A stretch of DNA of 64,000 nucleotides from Micavibrio sp. UBA7657. Its GTDB lineage: Bacteria > Pseudomonadota > Alphaproteobacteria > Micavibrionales > Micavibrionaceae. Shown here piece by piece: positions 19,697 through 34,306 of this stretch. The stretch is from positions 5,285 through 69,284 of the forward strand of contig DLHX01000018.1 in the NCBI GenBank assembly GCA_002483465.1, given 5' to 3'. The notes below the pieces were generated by a model, which searched no databases, was not told the origin of the DNA, and saw only the letters and a list, made by a program, of their open reading frames with translations. The position numbers and the translations under genes are program-made. The first letter of the stretch is position 1, and each line of letters begins with the position of its first letter.

Positions 19697-21093
19697 TCGC
19701 CACCTTCGCCCCGCTTGCCTATCTTCTCGCCGCCGTGCTGTTTATTTTTGCGCTGAAAGGCCTGTCGCACCCCGAATCCGCACGGCGCGGCCTTACTTAC
19801 GGCATGATTGGCATGGGCCTCGCCGTTCTTACGACGCTCGCGTTGCTTGGACTGCCCGATCTCAAATCCTACGGCATTATTATTGCCGGTATCGCCATCG
19901 GCGGCGGTATCGGTGCCTACATCGCAAACAAGATTGCGATGACAGCGTTGCCCCAGCTCATGGCCGCATTTCATTCGCTTGTCGGTCTTGCTGCCGTTTG
20001 TGTCGCAGCCGCCGCGTTCTACAATCCCGAGGCCTATCACATTGGTTATCCCGGCGCGATTTATCTGCAGAGCCTGATCGAAATGTCGCTCGGTCTTGCT
20101 ATCGGCGCGGTCACGTTCACCGGCTCGATCATCGCGTGGGGAAAATTGCAGGGCACGATTTCCGGCAAGCCTGTCGTGTTTAAGGGTCAGCATGCGCTTA
20201 ACGCCCTGCTCGGTGTTGCACTTGTCGCACTGGTCGTTGCACTATGCGTAACGCAAAACCCGGTTTTCTTCTGGGGCATTGCCGCCGTGTCGTTGCTGCT
20301 CGGTGTATTGCTGATCATCCCTATCGGTGGCGCCGATATGCCCGTGATTGTCTCCATGCTGAATTCCTATTCCGGCTGGGCGGCGGCGGGTATCGGCTTC
20401 ACGCTGCACAATAATCTCCTCATCATCACGGGCGCGCTGGTGGGCGCATCGGGCGCCATCCTCTCCTACATCATGTGCAAAGGCATGAACCGCTCATTCT
20501 TCAATGTGATCCTCGGCGGTTTCGGCGGCGAGCCGTCGGCGGGCGCAGGCGTCAGCATGGACGGCAAATCCGCCAAAATCGGCGCGGCGGAAGATGCCGC
20601 CTATATCATGAAAAACGCGTCAAAAGTTGTGATCGTACCCGGCTATGGCATGGCGGTCTCGCAGGCCCAGCACGCATTGCGCGAAATGGCTGATATTCTC
20701 AAGAAGGAAGGCGTCGAGGTAAAATACGCCATCCACCCGGTCGCGGGCCGCATGCCCGGTCATATGAATGTTCTGCTTGCTGAAGCCAACGTTCCTTATG
20801 ACGAGGTCTTCGAAATGGAAGACATCAACCGTGATTTCGCGCAGGCTGACGTCGCCTATGTCATCGGCGCGAACGACATCACAAATCCATCCGCTAAAAA
20901 CAACCCCGGCTCCCCCATTTACGGCATGCCGATCCTTGACGTTGAAAAGGCTAAAACAGTTTTGTTCATCAAGCGCTCGATGGGTTCGGGCTATGCCGGT
21001 ATCGACAACCCGCTTTTCTTTGCCGACAACACGATGATGCTGCTGGGCGATGCCAAGGCGATGACCGAGTCGATCATCAAGGCGCTTGAATAA
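19693..21093 (+). CDS. pntB: NAD(P) transhydrogenase subunit beta
   Basis: Polytopic N-terminus plus a C-terminal NADP(H) domain ([33 protein letters not shown]). Confidence 0.95.
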   Translation: MIATFAPLAYLLAAVLFIFALKGLSHPESARRGLTYGMIGMGLAVLTTLALLGLPDLKSYGIIIAGIAIGGGIGAYIANKIAMTALPQLMAAFHSLVGLAAVCVAAAAFYNPEAYHIGYPGAIYLQSLIEMSLGLAIGAVTFTGSIIAWGKLQGTISGKPVVFKGQHALNALLGVALVALVVALCVTQNPVFFWGIAAVSLLLGVLLIIPIGGADMPVIVSMLNSYSGWAAAGIGFTLHNNLLIITGALVGASGAILSYIMCKGMNRSFFNVILGGFGGEPSAGAGVSMDGKSAKIGAAEDAAYIMKNASKVVIVPGYGMAVSQAQHALREMADILKKEGVEVKYAIHPVAGRMPGHMNVLLAEANVPYDEVFEMEDINRDFAQADVAYVIGANDITNPSAKNNPGSPIYGMPILDVEKAKTVLFIKRSMGSGYAGIDNPLFFADNTMMLLGDAKAMTESIIKALE

Positions 21094-22040
21094 TGCCGAT
21101 TGTTGTCCCCGAGCTTGAAGAGCGTTTCCTAGAACCTCCCGGCTGGCAATGGGGCACCTTTAAAAATAAGCAAGGCTGCAGCCTCCGTTTTGGTTTTATC
21201 TCCCCAAAAAAACCTGTCGCGATTACAGTGCTTCTGCCCGGTCGCAACGAATATGCCGAGAAATATTTTGAAGTTGCGCGCGACCTTCTTAAAAATAATC
21301 TCGCTGTCTGGATTCTGGAGTGGCAGGGTCAGGGGCTTTCTCAACGTTTTATTGAACACTATCCGCAGCGCTGCCATTCCCGCGCATTCATCCGCCATGC
21401 CGACGATCTACACGCATTCATAGAAGCACATATCAAACCGTCAGGCACGCCGATCCTGATGCTCGCACATTCCATGGGTGCGAATATCGGCACACGTTTC
21501 CTGCATAAATATCCCGGTGTCTTTGCCGCTGCGGCGATGACTTCGCCCATGTTCGGCATCCCGGCGGTCAGCAAAATTCCTGCCGCAGCGGTTGTATCTT
21601 TCGTTCTTTCTCTCCTCGCAGGAAAAAATTACGCCTTCGGCCAGAAAGACTGGAGCGAGGACGAAAGCGAGAGCGACGCTGTTTTGTCCTTCGATCCCGC
21701 TCGCTCGAAGATTTACCATGCGTGGCTGCGTGACAATCCTGAGCTGCGGAACGGCGGTGCGACCTTCGGGTGGGTTTATAACGCGCTTGCCTCGTGCCGG
21801 TTCCTGCAGCGTCCCGGCGTCATGGAATCAATCCGCACACCCTGCCTGATAGGCGTCGCAGGCAAGGAAAATATCGTCGATAATAACGCTATTCGTATTG
21901 CGGTATCCCGTCTGCCACGCGTACGCCTGCTGGAACTGCCCGAATCGGGGCATGAAATCCTTATGGAGCGCGACGACACCCGCAACCAGTTCCTCCGGGC
22001 CTTTTTAGTGCTGGTCAGGGAGAACTTGAAAACCGCCTGA
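21093..22040 (+). CDS. alpha/beta hydrolase, lysophospholipase-like
   Basis: LLPGRNEYAEKY and the nucleophile elbow AHSMGA. TAATG overlap with pntB. Confidence 0.65.
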   Translation: MPIVVPELEERFLEPPGWQWGTFKNKQGCSLRFGFISPKKPVAITVLLPGRNEYAEKYFEVARDLLKNNLAVWILEWQGQGLSQRFIEHYPQRCHSRAFIRHADDLHAFIEAHIKPSGTPILMLAHSMGANIGTRFLHKYPGVFAAAAMTSPMFGIPAVSKIPAAAVVSFVLSLLAGKNYAFGQKDWSEDESESDAVLSFDPARSKIYHAWLRDNPELRNGGATFGWVYNALASCRFLQRPGVMESIRTPCLIGVAGKENIVDNNAIRIAVSRLPRVRLLELPESGHEILMERDDTRNQFLRAFLVLVRENLKTA

Positions 22041-22082
22041 GAACAAGGCAAAATAAGGAACGGATTGAGAAAAGCGGGATTC

Positions 22083-26034
<3,952 letters not shown>

Positions 26035-26049
26035 AATGGGCCCATAAAT

Positions 26050-26880
26050 TTAATCAGGTTTGAAAATGGAATCGATCGTGCGGTCAACGAAGTCGCGGTT
26101 CTCAAGAATGCGCTTGCGCTGCTGGTCGTCTAGCAATTCAAACGAACGCTTGTACCAGACGCTGCCGGGGTAATTATAACCAAGCACCGCTGCGATATTC
26201 GTGGCCTCTTCCTTAAGGCCGAGGGATAAGTAAGCCTCTACCAATCTATGTAGCGCCTCCGCCACGTGTGTCGTGGTCTGGTAATCTTTCACGACCGTTC
26301 TGAAGCGGTTCATTGCGGCGTTCACATGTCCGCGGTTCAGGTAATAACGCCCGATTTCCATTTCCTTACCCGCAAGGTGGTCAAGCGTCAGGTCGCGTTT
26401 CAGCGTCGCATCGCGCGCATACTGGCTCTCAGGGTAGAGACGCACGAGCGTCTCCAGCGCCTTCAAAGCCTCTTCCGTCATTTCCTGATCGCGCGCAACG
26501 TCGGAAATCTGTTCGTAATAGCAAAGCGCCTTCAGGTAATAGGCGTAATCGATATCCTTGCTGCCGGGGTGCAATTCGATGAAGCGGTCAAGCGCGAGAA
26601 CGGCCTCGTCGTAACGCTGGTCGAGATAGGATGAATAAGCCGACATCAATTGCGCCTGTGTCGCCCATTGCGAATACGGGTGCTGGCGCTCGACTTCCTC
26701 GAAATATTTCGTCGCGGTGTCGTACTGCCCTTCGTCCATGGCGGTTGCGGCCTGATTATACAGGACGTCGACGGGCTTTTCCGTTTCGAACTTATCGTCC
26801 TTGTCTGATGAACACGCGGCCAGCGCCGTGATCATAAGCAGCATCAGGAAATAACGGCTGAAAGGACTGGTCTGGCGCAT
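26050..26880 (-). CDS. bamD: outer membrane protein assembly factor BamD
   Basis: Lipobox LAACSS followed by TPR-like repeats. Conserved position next to lpxC and recN. Confidence 0.85.
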   Translation of the reverse strand: MRQTSPFSRYFLMLLMITALAACSSDKDDKFETEKPVDVLYNQAATAMDEGQYDTATKYFEEVERQHPYSQWATQAQLMSAYSSYLDQRYDEAVLALDRFIELHPGSKDIDYAYYLKALCYYEQISDVARDQEMTEEALKALETLVRLYPESQYARDATLKRDLTLDHLAGKEMEIGRYYLNRGHVNAAMNRFRTVVKDYQTTTHVAEALHRLVEAYLSLGLKEEATNIAAVLGYNYPGSVWYKRSFELLDDQQRKRILENRDFVDRTIDSIFKPD

Positions 26881-26993
26881 TCGAACTCCGCAAATTTTGT
26901 GAGTTTCCAGTTTAGTTTATATTTCGCGGCAAGCCAGTGAAAAAGCGGGTTTTCACCGATTTTCAGTCACGGGAATCATGAATTTATGAAAAA

Positions 26994-27887
26994 TTAGGCG
27001 GCCTCGAGGGCGCGGGCTTTCGGGATGACGACATCCTGCAGCTCAATCACCTCGAACGCGTCCTGGCTCGCGAACAGCTTGCGGAGGACAGCATTGTTCA
27101 TGGCATGGCCAGCCTTGACGCCTTCATAGGCACCGAGGACAGGAGCACCCGCGAGATACAGGTCGCCGATAGCATCCAGCAGCTTGTGCCGAATGAATTC
27201 ATTGCTGTGACGCAGGCCTTCCGGGTTCATGACCTTATCCTTGTCGAGAACGATGGCGTTATCCAGTGAGCCGCCGCGTGCCAGACCGGCTTTTCTCATC
27301 ATCTCGACCTCATGGAAGAAACCGAACGTGCGCGAGTCCGCGAGATCATGACGGAAATTACCATTCAGCAGCTTGATCTCATAACGCTGCCGACCGATAT
27401 CCGGGTGATCGAAATTGATCTCGCCCGCGAAAATAAATTCTTCGGCGGGTTTCAAGGTGACAGTTTTGTCACCTTCTTCAACCGTAACTTCTTTCAAAAT
27501 ACGAATGGCGCGGCGGGGCGCGTTTTGAGCTGCGATACCTGCCTTGTCGATCATGTCGACGAAAGGTTTTGAACTGCCGTCCATGGCGGGCACTTCAGGT
27601 CCGTTCAATTCAATAAGGATATTATCAATAGCGCAGCCGCGCAGGGCGGCCATCAAATGCTCGATCGTGCCGATGCTGGCACCGGAGCTATTGGAAATAA
27701 CAGTGCAAAGGCGTGTGTCCGTTACCTTGTCCCAGAGGGCAGGTATGCGGTTGTCGCCCTGAAGGTCGGTGCGCACGAATACAATACCGTGGCCTGCAGG
27801 GGCGGGTTTCAGGGCGAGATTAATCGCCGCGCCTGAGTGAAGGCCGGTTCCAGCTGTCGTGGTCTCTTTTTGAATAGTGTGTTGCAT
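26994..27887 (-). CDS. lpxC: UDP-3-O-acyl-N-acetylglucosamine deacetylase
   Basis: GTGLHSG..; IEHLMAALRGCAIDN. The ATG at 27887 is preferred over the track's upstream TTG at 27956. Confidence 0.93.
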   Translation of the reverse strand: MQHTIQKETTTAGTGLHSGAAINLALKPAPAGHGIVFVRTDLQGDNRIPALWDKVTDTRLCTVISNSSGASIGTIEHLMAALRGCAIDNILIELNGPEVPAMDGSSKPFVDMIDKAGIAAQNAPRRAIRILKEVTVEEGDKTVTLKPAEEFIFAGEINFDHPDIGRQRYEIKLLNGNFRHDLADSRTFGFFHEVEMMRKAGLARGGSLDNAIVLDKDKVMNPEGLRHSNEFIRHKLLDAIGDLYLAGAPVLGAYEGVKAGHAMNNAVLRKLFASQDAFEVIELQDVVIPKARALEAA

Positions 27888-27985
27888 CAATACCTTAGTG
27901 CATGCAGTTGTATTAATTCTTACGCTAAAATATAGGAAATCCCTGCATTGCAACAAATCACAGATTGTTGCCCTCTGTTACAGAA

Positions 27986-28012
27986 CGAAAAAAGGCCCCC
28001 GAAGGGGCCTTT
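27986..28012 (-). terminator. rho-independent terminator after ftsZ
   Basis: AAAGGCCCC-TTCG-GGGGCCTTT hairpin followed by TTTTTT on the minus strand, 18 nt after the ftsZ stop. Confidence 0.8.
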
Positions 28013-28029
28013 AAAGAAAGTTTGAAACC

Positions 28030-29802
28030 TTAATTCGCCTGGCGTCTCAGGAAGGCCGGGATGTCCAGCTCATCATCAGCCTGCGCGCGGGGCCTTGCAG
28101 CCGGGGTATCGATATTGAGACGCCCCTGCGACGGACCTTGCGGCAGTGCTCCGCCCATTGAGGGCTGCGAGCGTGGCGGCGCGGCGCGTTCACGCGGCGC
28201 AACCTCCTCGCGCATCCCTTCGAGATGCTGCTGAACCGTTCCGGTAATGCGCTCGAACAACGAAGGCGTGCGTTTGCGGTCCGTGTTCGGAAGCTTCGGC
28301 GGGTTGAGCTGGATGCCGCCGCGCGATGTCGTCGTCTGCGCGTAAGATTGCGGTGATGGCGGCGTGTAGGCTTGCGGCGACATCAGGGAAGCAGCCGGAT
28401 CAATGCCGCCCTCAACCGGTTTCGGCGGGATAAATGCTCCCTTGTACCGCTCACCGTGCAGCGCGGTATTCTGAGGTACGCTCAGGGCCTGCTGCGGCTC
28501 CATTGCCACGGCGAATTCACGCTGCTCATAGATTTCCAGTTCGGGGTCGACCGCAGCAGATGCAATCGCTTCCTGCTCGCGCGCATACGCGACAACAGGC
28601 GCAATACCTGGCGCCGCAACCGGCGGCGCGGTAATGCCGCGAATGTTACCGGCGGCGGAATAAGCCGGCGGCGCATTAAGCTGCGCAGCCGGGGGATAGG
28701 TGCGGCTTGTCGCAACGGGTTGCTGTTGTTGCTGGCTTTCGGTCTGCGGTCTGGCGCGCTCGAGGCCCGCCTTGCCGACAGCATTGATTTTGTTCGTGCC
28801 GCTGCCGCCGCGTGTTTTCTGCATGGCTTCCTTCTCGATGCCGGTGGCAACGATGGAAACACGCATGACGCCTTCGAGCGATTCATCAAATGTAGCGCCG
28901 AAGATAATGTTGGCGTCGGGATCGACTTCATCGCGGATGCGGTTACAGGCTTCATCCACTTCGAACAAGGTCATGTCATAGCCGCCGGTGACATTGATGA
29001 TGACGCCGTGCGCGCCCTTCATCGAGATATCGTCCAGCAGCGGGTTGTTGATCGCGGCTTCGGCGGCCTGCACGGCGCGCTTGTCGCCCGTACCTTCGCC
29101 GGTGCCCATCATCGCCTTGCCCATTTCCATCATGCCGGTGCGGATATCGGCGAAGTCGAGATTAATCAGGCCCGGGCGCACCATCAGGTCGGTGACGCCG
29201 CGCACGCCAGATTGCAGAACACCGTCCACCATGCGGAAGGCTTCGGCAAAACCGACCTTCTCATTCGCCACGCGGAACAGGTTCTGGTTCGGAATCACAA
29301 TCAGGGTGTCGACATATTGCTGCATTTCGTCGATGCCGCTGTCGGCCATGCGCATACGGTGCGTGCCTTCAAAATGGAATGGCTTCGTTACCACGCCGAC
29401 TGTCAGGATTCCGCGCTCGCGGCAGGCCCTAGCAATCACAGGAGCCGCACCGGTGCCGGTGCCGCCGCCCATGCCGCAAGTTACGAACGCCATGTTCGCG
29501 CCCTCAACATGCTTCAGCACGTCTTCTAGTGATTCTTCAGCAGCTGCCTTACCGATCTCAGGTTTAGATCCTGCACCGAGGCCGCCCGTGACATGGGCGC
29601 CGAGCTGTATCTGGCGCTCCGGCGGGCAGAGGGTGTTTTCAAGAGCCTGGGCGTCTGTGTTGCAGACCAGGAATTCGCATCCTTCAAGGTTAGAGGAGAT
29701 CATGTTGTTGACGGCGTTCCCGCCCGCGCCTCCCACGCCGATGACGATAATCTTTGGCGATAGCTTCTGAGCTGTTTTCGGCTGCATTTTGATATTGATC
29801 AT
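28030..29802 (-). CDS. ftsZ: cell division protein FtsZ (long Pro/Ala/Gln-rich linker)
   Basis: [13 protein letters not shown] tubulin signature and C-terminal DIPAFLRRQ peptide. GGGGG Shine-Dalgarno 5 nt before the ATG. Confidence 0.97.
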   Translation of the reverse strand: MINIKMQPKTAQKLSPKIIVIGVGGAGGNAVNNMISSNLEGCEFLVCNTDAQALENTLCPPERQIQLGAHVTGGLGAGSKPEIGKAAAEESLEDVLKHVEGANMAFVTCGMGGGTGTGAAPVIARACRERGILTVGVVTKPFHFEGTHRMRMADSGIDEMQQYVDTLIVIPNQNLFRVANEKVGFAEAFRMVDGVLQSGVRGVTDLMVRPGLINLDFADIRTGMMEMGKAMMGTGEGTGDKRAVQAAEAAINNPLLDDISMKGAHGVIINVTGGYDMTLFEVDEACNRIRDEVDPDANIIFGATFDESLEGVMRVSIVATGIEKEAMQKTRGGSGTNKINAVGKAGLERARPQTESQQQQQPVATSRTYPPAAQLNAPPAYSAAGNIRGITAPPVAAPGIAPVVAYAREQEAIASAAVDPELEIYEQREFAVAMEPQQALSVPQNTALHGERYKGAFIPPKPVEGGIDPAASLMSPQAYTPPSPQSYAQTTTSRGGIQLNPPKLPNTDRKRTPSLFERITGTVQQHLEGMREEVAPRERAAPPRSQPSMGGALPQGPSQGRLNIDTPAARPRAQADDELDIPAFLRRQAN

Positions 29803-29916
29803 TTTGGCCCCCTTGTCGGGTTTTGAACGGGTTACAAAGCTGAAGGACAGCCTCGTGGTAGGAATTGCGAAAAGTTTATGGGAGTTCTGAAAGGCAGAAA
29901 AGCAGAAAAGCGAATT

Positions 29917-30088
29917 GATTCAGGAGTTTTACGCAGCTTTGTGCTTCTTTCATGCTATCCGGGCCTGACAAAAAGATTCAAGGAAATTCGCTAAATGACT
30001 CATTTGATTCAGTTTTTTGAATCACTCATCTACATATAGAAGAGTTCACAGGCTTATACACACAATATTGTGGATAATTCGGCGATTC
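29917..30088. promoter_or_regulatory. cluster of six GANTC (CcrM-type methylation) sites in the ftsA-ftsZ spacer
   Basis: GATTC 29917, GATTC 29975, GACTC 29997, GATTC 30006, GAATC 30019, GATTC 30084. Confidence 0.4.
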
Positions 30089-31356
30089 TACCAATTCTCG
30101 CGCAACCACAGACGGGCGCGCTCCCAAACGCTTCCCGCTTCGGCCTGCTCCATGATCGTGGCGGGCATTTCATCGGCGCGCTCAGAGACATAAGTCAGCA
30201 ACCCGGCGGCGGTTGAAAAGGCCGGGCCGCTGACGGCATCGGGCAACCCACTGAGACGAATGGGCCGGCCCATGCGGACCTGCTTGTCCATGACGTGCTG
30301 GGCGATATCGCGGAGACCCGCGATCTGCGATGCGCCGCCGGTCAGAACCACGCGGCGGCCCAGCGCAGGCCCGAGACCGCTGTCATGCAACCTTGCCCGC
30401 ACCAGTTCGAAAATTTCCTCAATGCGTGGTTGTATAATGCCAACAAGCAGCGAGCGCGGCACGTGGTTCGGCTGATGGCGCTCATCTTCGCCTAACCTTG
30501 GCACATCAATCAGTTCGCTTTCGTCATGGCCTGCGCCCAGCGCGCTGCCATATAAAACTTTCAAACGCTCGGCATCGACCAGCGAGGTCGTCAGCCCGCG
30601 CGCGATATCGCTCGTAACGTGCTGACCGCCGACGGGGATGGCATCGCTGTAAATGATGGAGCCGCCATGGAACACGGCATAAGACGTCACGCCGCCACCC
30701 ATATCAATAAGCGTGCAGCCTAAATCCATCTCATCTTCCACGAGACATGCCAGTCCCGACGCGTAAGAGGAGGTGCAAAACGCCGAGATATCTAAATGTG
30801 AGCGATCGATACAGGTCGCGATATTCCGCAGCGCCGACATATCGCCCGTTACCATGTGGATATCGACGCTCATATTCTGGCCAAACATACCGCGCGGCTC
30901 ACGAATACCTTCATGCCCGTCAATGTGATAATTGATCGGCACCGTGTGAATGAGTTCGAAATCATCGCTCATGACGTTTTCCTGCGCCTTGGCGAGCGCG
31001 CGGCGCACATCGTTGTCGGTAATTTCGTGTCCAGCAATTTGTAAATCTGCCCGGTGCGCGTGTGAAACCGCGTGCACGCCCGGCAAATTCACGACAACCT
31101 CGCGCAGAGGATACCCCTTCATGACGCTTGCCGCCATGTTCTCGGCGGCGTGTACCGTCTGGCGGAGGACATTCTCGGCGGCGTTCAAATCCGTGATCGT
31201 ACCGTTCTTGACGCCTTTCGAGGCATGATGCCCCACACCCAGCACCTCGAACCCACCCTCATTGTCGGCAACGCGCCCGATAAAGCACGTGATCTTGCTG
31301 CTGCCGATATCGAGGGCAGCGAGGAGAGAACCTCTGGGTTTGTGTTTGTGCTTCAT
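30088..31356 (-). CDS. ftsA: cell division protein FtsA
   Basis: Actin-fold protein (LDIGSSKITCFIG; IDMGGGVTS) between ftsQ and ftsZ. Confidence 0.95.
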   Translation of the reverse strand: MKHKHKPRGSLLAALDIGSSKITCFIGRVADNEGGFEVLGVGHHASKGVKNGTITDLNAAENVLRQTVHAAENMAASVMKGYPLREVVVNLPGVHAVSHAHRADLQIAGHEITDNDVRRALAKAQENVMSDDFELIHTVPINYHIDGHEGIREPRGMFGQNMSVDIHMVTGDMSALRNIATCIDRSHLDISAFCTSSYASGLACLVEDEMDLGCTLIDMGGGVTSYAVFHGGSIIYSDAIPVGGQHVTSDIARGLTTSLVDAERLKVLYGSALGAGHDESELIDVPRLGEDERHQPNHVPRSLLVGIIQPRIEEIFELVRARLHDSGLGPALGRRVVLTGGASQIAGLRDIAQHVMDKQVRMGRPIRLSGLPDAVSGPAFSTAAGLLTYVSERADEMPATIMEQAEAGSVWERARLWLRENW

Positions 31357-31370
31357 GTGTTGATATAGTG

Positions 31371-32222
31371 TCAGATATTGCTGCCGGCCTTGGTACTTGC
31401 CTGGTAGTCCTGCGCCGCCCCGGGCGCGGGTTCAACGATCATACGGCTCTCTTCGCGTAGATCAACAGAAAGAATATCTTTTTCTAATAACCCCTCTTTT
31501 TCCACGGCTTCCGCCAGTTTCCGGAGGGCCAGCCCCGTTTCCCCTTCGGGCAGTTTGGCGGTAATATCATCCCGGAACACAAGATCCCAGCGCCGCCCGC
31601 CGATCCATTTCGCGGCCTTTACGCGGGACATGATCTGCGGCTCGGCCTCGAGGTTTTTGACCAGTTCGGGCGCACGCTCCGGTGCCCCCTCGCCCATAAC
31701 AATGACCAGATTTTTAAACCGCCCGAGATTTTCGCGGGTGATCGGCTTACCCTTCTCGTCCAGCAACTCCAGCGTGCCGCCTTCCTGCCAGAGCGCCAGC
31801 GGCTTTTTCTCCGTCAGCCCGACATAAATCGTATCCGGCAGGCGGCGCTCGACATGCGCATCGCGTATCCAGTTAATTCTTTTGATCTGCTCCTGCGCTG
31901 CAACGGGGTCGAAAGCGAATAACGGGTCGCCTTTTTCTGTAGCGATGATCGCTTTCAGTATCTCCGGGTTCGTATAAACACGTCCCTCGACCATAATATT
32001 CTGCACGGAAAAACCAGCTTCCGAAGTTCCCTCATGCACCTGCGCCGCCAGCCAGTCGCCGGTCCGGGTCGCGCTGCCGCTCAGGAAAAACCACGACCCT
32101 GCCCAAAAACTCAGACCCGCAATCGCCAGCGCGATGCCGAAACGTTTGAGCCATGGCATCAGCACGGAAAGCGGCCCCTTGCGCCGCTTGTTACCAGTGA
32201 ATTTGCTTTTATAGGTGGCCAT
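31371..32222 (-). CDS. ftsQ: cell division protein FtsQ
   Basis: Single transmembrane helix plus POTRA-like domain. Position between ddl and ftsA. Confidence 0.85.
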   Translation of the reverse strand: MATYKSKFTGNKRRKGPLSVLMPWLKRFGIALAIAGLSFWAGSWFFLSGSATRTGDWLAAQVHEGTSEAGFSVQNIMVEGRVYTNPEILKAIIATEKGDPLFAFDPVAAQEQIKRINWIRDAHVERRLPDTIYVGLTEKKPLALWQEGGTLELLDEKGKPITRENLGRFKNLVIVMGEGAPERAPELVKNLEAEPQIMSRVKAAKWIGGRRWDLVFRDDITAKLPEGETGLALRKLAEAVEKEGLLEKDILSVDLREESRMIVEPAPGAAQDYQASTKAGSNI

Positions 32223-33454
32223 TACAGCTGTCTCCGGAACAGACGCGCATCGACAGGGACAGAATCTTTCGGGAAATTTCTTTTTCTGCGTTCTTCAATC
32301 GCCTCTTCAATCAGCGCCGTCAGCAATTCCGAGAACAGTTTCGGCTCGGGTGCGGCCTCCCACAGGAAATAACCGATCGAGCCGGGCCACGGGTTGACTT
32401 CGTTCAACCAGATTTCGCCGCTCTTGGAATCACCGATAAAATCAATACGCGGCGCGCCGGTGCCATCCAGACCTTCATACATCTGCACCGCCCAGCGGCG
32501 GATATTTTCCTCGGTTTTCGCATCGAGCATCGGGTTGATTTCGCGTGTGAGCGACAGCATGCCCTGGCTTGCCTGTCCGGGCTGCTTGCTACCGCCCTTT
32601 TGGCCTTTTGTGCCGCCAGATAAATATTTCTTTTTGAAATCGAGCAGCTCTTCGTTGTTTTTCGGACGTTCGATGGCCGATGTCTTCACGCTGCCGAATG
32701 CCTTCGTCACCGCGACATTATATTCGACCATATTGGGAACGAACGGCTCAACCACCGCCACCTCGTCAAATTCAAAAATCGACGGCAGGCAGGCCGCGAT
32801 TTCTTCGGCGTTCGTTGCCTTTGCTACGCCGATGGAGCTGCCCAGATGCGCGGGCTTAACAATGCATGGAAAACCTATATTTTTTTCGCGCAGCGTCTCT
32901 TCAATTTTGCCGCGCGCGATCATGTACCCTTCTGTGGGCCGTTTCAGCACCGCGCAAGGCAGAACCGGGATGCCAATCCCCTGCATCGCTTTTTTCGTCG
33001 CAGCCTTGTCCATCAGGACGGATGAAGCCAGCGTTCTCATGCCTGCATAGGCGACGCCCGCCATTTCAAACAGGCCCTGCAGATTGCCGTCCTCACCAAA
33101 CAAGCCATGGAAGGATGGAATGGCCACATCGAATTCAATCGTCTTGCCGCCGCTGAACAGCCCGGTTTTCTTGGGCAGCAACCGCCCGGTTTTCCCCGCC
33201 GTGACATCCAGCGTCACTTCCTGCGTCTGCGCCCGGCTGTTGGCATGGAGCATATAATTCTCGCGCTTCCGCAAAACATCGCCGGTCAGCCACACGCCGT
33301 CCGGGGTGATATAGACCGGGAAGGCTTCGAACTTCGGATCTATCGCCCCCAGAATCTGCAGACCGGTCACCACCGAGACATCATGCTCGGGCGAGCGGCC
33401 GCCAAAAAACACGGCGATGCGTTTTTGAGATTTTATTCCTTTTTGGGATTGCAT
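32222..33454 (-). CDS. ddl: D-alanine--D-alanine ligase, long DdlA-like form with an extended loop
   Basis: IAVFFGGRSPEHDVSVVTG, FHGLFGEDGNLQGLFEMAGVAYAG and NEVNPWPG. At 410 aa it carries a Gly/Lys/Gln-rich insertion (SGGTKGQKGGSKQPGQASQG). Confidence 0.85.
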   Translation of the reverse strand: MQSQKGIKSQKRIAVFFGGRSPEHDVSVVTGLQILGAIDPKFEAFPVYITPDGVWLTGDVLRKRENYMLHANSRAQTQEVTLDVTAGKTGRLLPKKTGLFSGGKTIEFDVAIPSFHGLFGEDGNLQGLFEMAGVAYAGMRTLASSVLMDKAATKKAMQGIGIPVLPCAVLKRPTEGYMIARGKIEETLREKNIGFPCIVKPAHLGSSIGVAKATNAEEIAACLPSIFEFDEVAVVEPFVPNMVEYNVAVTKAFGSVKTSAIERPKNNEELLDFKKKYLSGGTKGQKGGSKQPGQASQGMLSLTREINPMLDAKTEENIRRWAVQMYEGLDGTGAPRIDFIGDSKSGEIWLNEVNPWPGSIGYFLWEAAPEPKLFSELLTALIEEAIEERRKRNFPKDSVPVDARLFRRQL

Positions 33455-33505
33455 GATTTTACTATTCGTCCGGGCGTGCTATGACAGTTACGGCAACATT
33501 AAAGC

Positions 33506-34306
33506 ATGAAAAACATAGTGATTAAAGATAATTTGGCCACGCCAGTGACGTCACTCATAAGCTCTGAAAGCCTTGGGAAAAAGGATTCTCCCGTGGTGGT
33601 CTGGGGGCATGGCTGGGGCCAGAGCCGCAAGGCCTTCCGTCCGCTCGCTGAAGGGCTTGAATCCTTCGGCACCCATATCCTTGTTGATTTTCCCGGTTTC
33701 GGTGACAGCCCCATGCCGCTCGAACCGTGGGGCACAGCCGAATACGCCGATGCTGTCGCCGAGTTCCTGAGACAAAATTCAAACGGTCCTGTCATCTGGG
33801 TCGGGCATTCATTTGGGTGCCGTGTGGGCCTGCAACTGGCCTCGCGCCACCCTGATCTCATCTCGGGGCTCTTCTTAATTGCCGGTGCAGGATTAAAGCG
33901 TAAGCGCCCGTTATGGCAGGACATTTATTTCAAAACGCGCACTCTCGTTTTTAAAGTTTTGAAGAAATTTATTCCTCTCGGCCTGTCCGAAGACTGGCTC
34001 CGCTCCAAATTCGGCAGCACGGATTATAAAAATGCCGGGGCGCTGCGCTCCATCCTTGTCAAAACCATTGGCGAGGATTTATCAGATGTGGCGCGAACCG
34101 TTTCCTGCCCCACAGCATTAGTGTACGGCATGAACGACACCGAAACCCCTCCCGAAATCGGACAGAGACTGCAGAAACTCATCCCCGGCGCTGAACTGAC
34201 CATTCTTCCCGGGCAGGACCACTACAGCGTCCTCGGCGAAGGACGCCACCAGGTCGCGCCTTTACTCAAGCAATTCATGGAGAGAATAGATGCCCGTATT
34301 CGCTAG
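33506..34306 (+). CDS. alpha/beta hydrolase
   Basis: VVWGHGWGQS, DFPGFGDSP, and the nucleophile elbow GHSFGC. The 3' end overlaps the next gene by 17 nt. Confidence 0.8.
   Translation: MKNIVIKDNLATPVTSLISSESLGKKDSPVVVWGHGWGQSRKAFRPLAEGLESFGTHILVDFPGFGDSPMPLEPWGTAEYADAVAEFLRQNSNGPVIWVGHSFGCRVGLQLASRHPDLISGLFLIAGAGLKRKRPLWQDIYFKTRTLVFKVLKKFIPLGLSEDWLRSKFGSTDYKNAGALRSILVKTIGEDLSDVARTVSCPTALVYGMNDTETPPEIGQRLQKLIPGAELTILPGQDHYSVLGEGRHQVAPLLKQFMERIDARIR

Noticed and set aside
28372-29529. 385-aa plus-strand ORF, and further ORFs of 157-260 aa on both strands, overlapping ftsZ
   Set aside because: ftsZ on the minus strand is unequivocal (tubulin signature). The overlapping frames are Arg/Ala/Gly/Pro-rich artefacts of the G+C-rich linker region.
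29895-29912. Short tandem GCAGAAAA GCAGAAAA GC
   Set aside because: Only two units, with no further structure. Too short to call a repeat feature.
30069-30077. Perfect DnaA box TGTGGATAA in the ftsA-ftsZ spacer
   Set aside because: About 0.5 occurrences of a given 9-mer are expected by chance in 64 kb on both strands, and only one copy is present. It is noted as possibly relevant to ftsZ control but not significant on its own.
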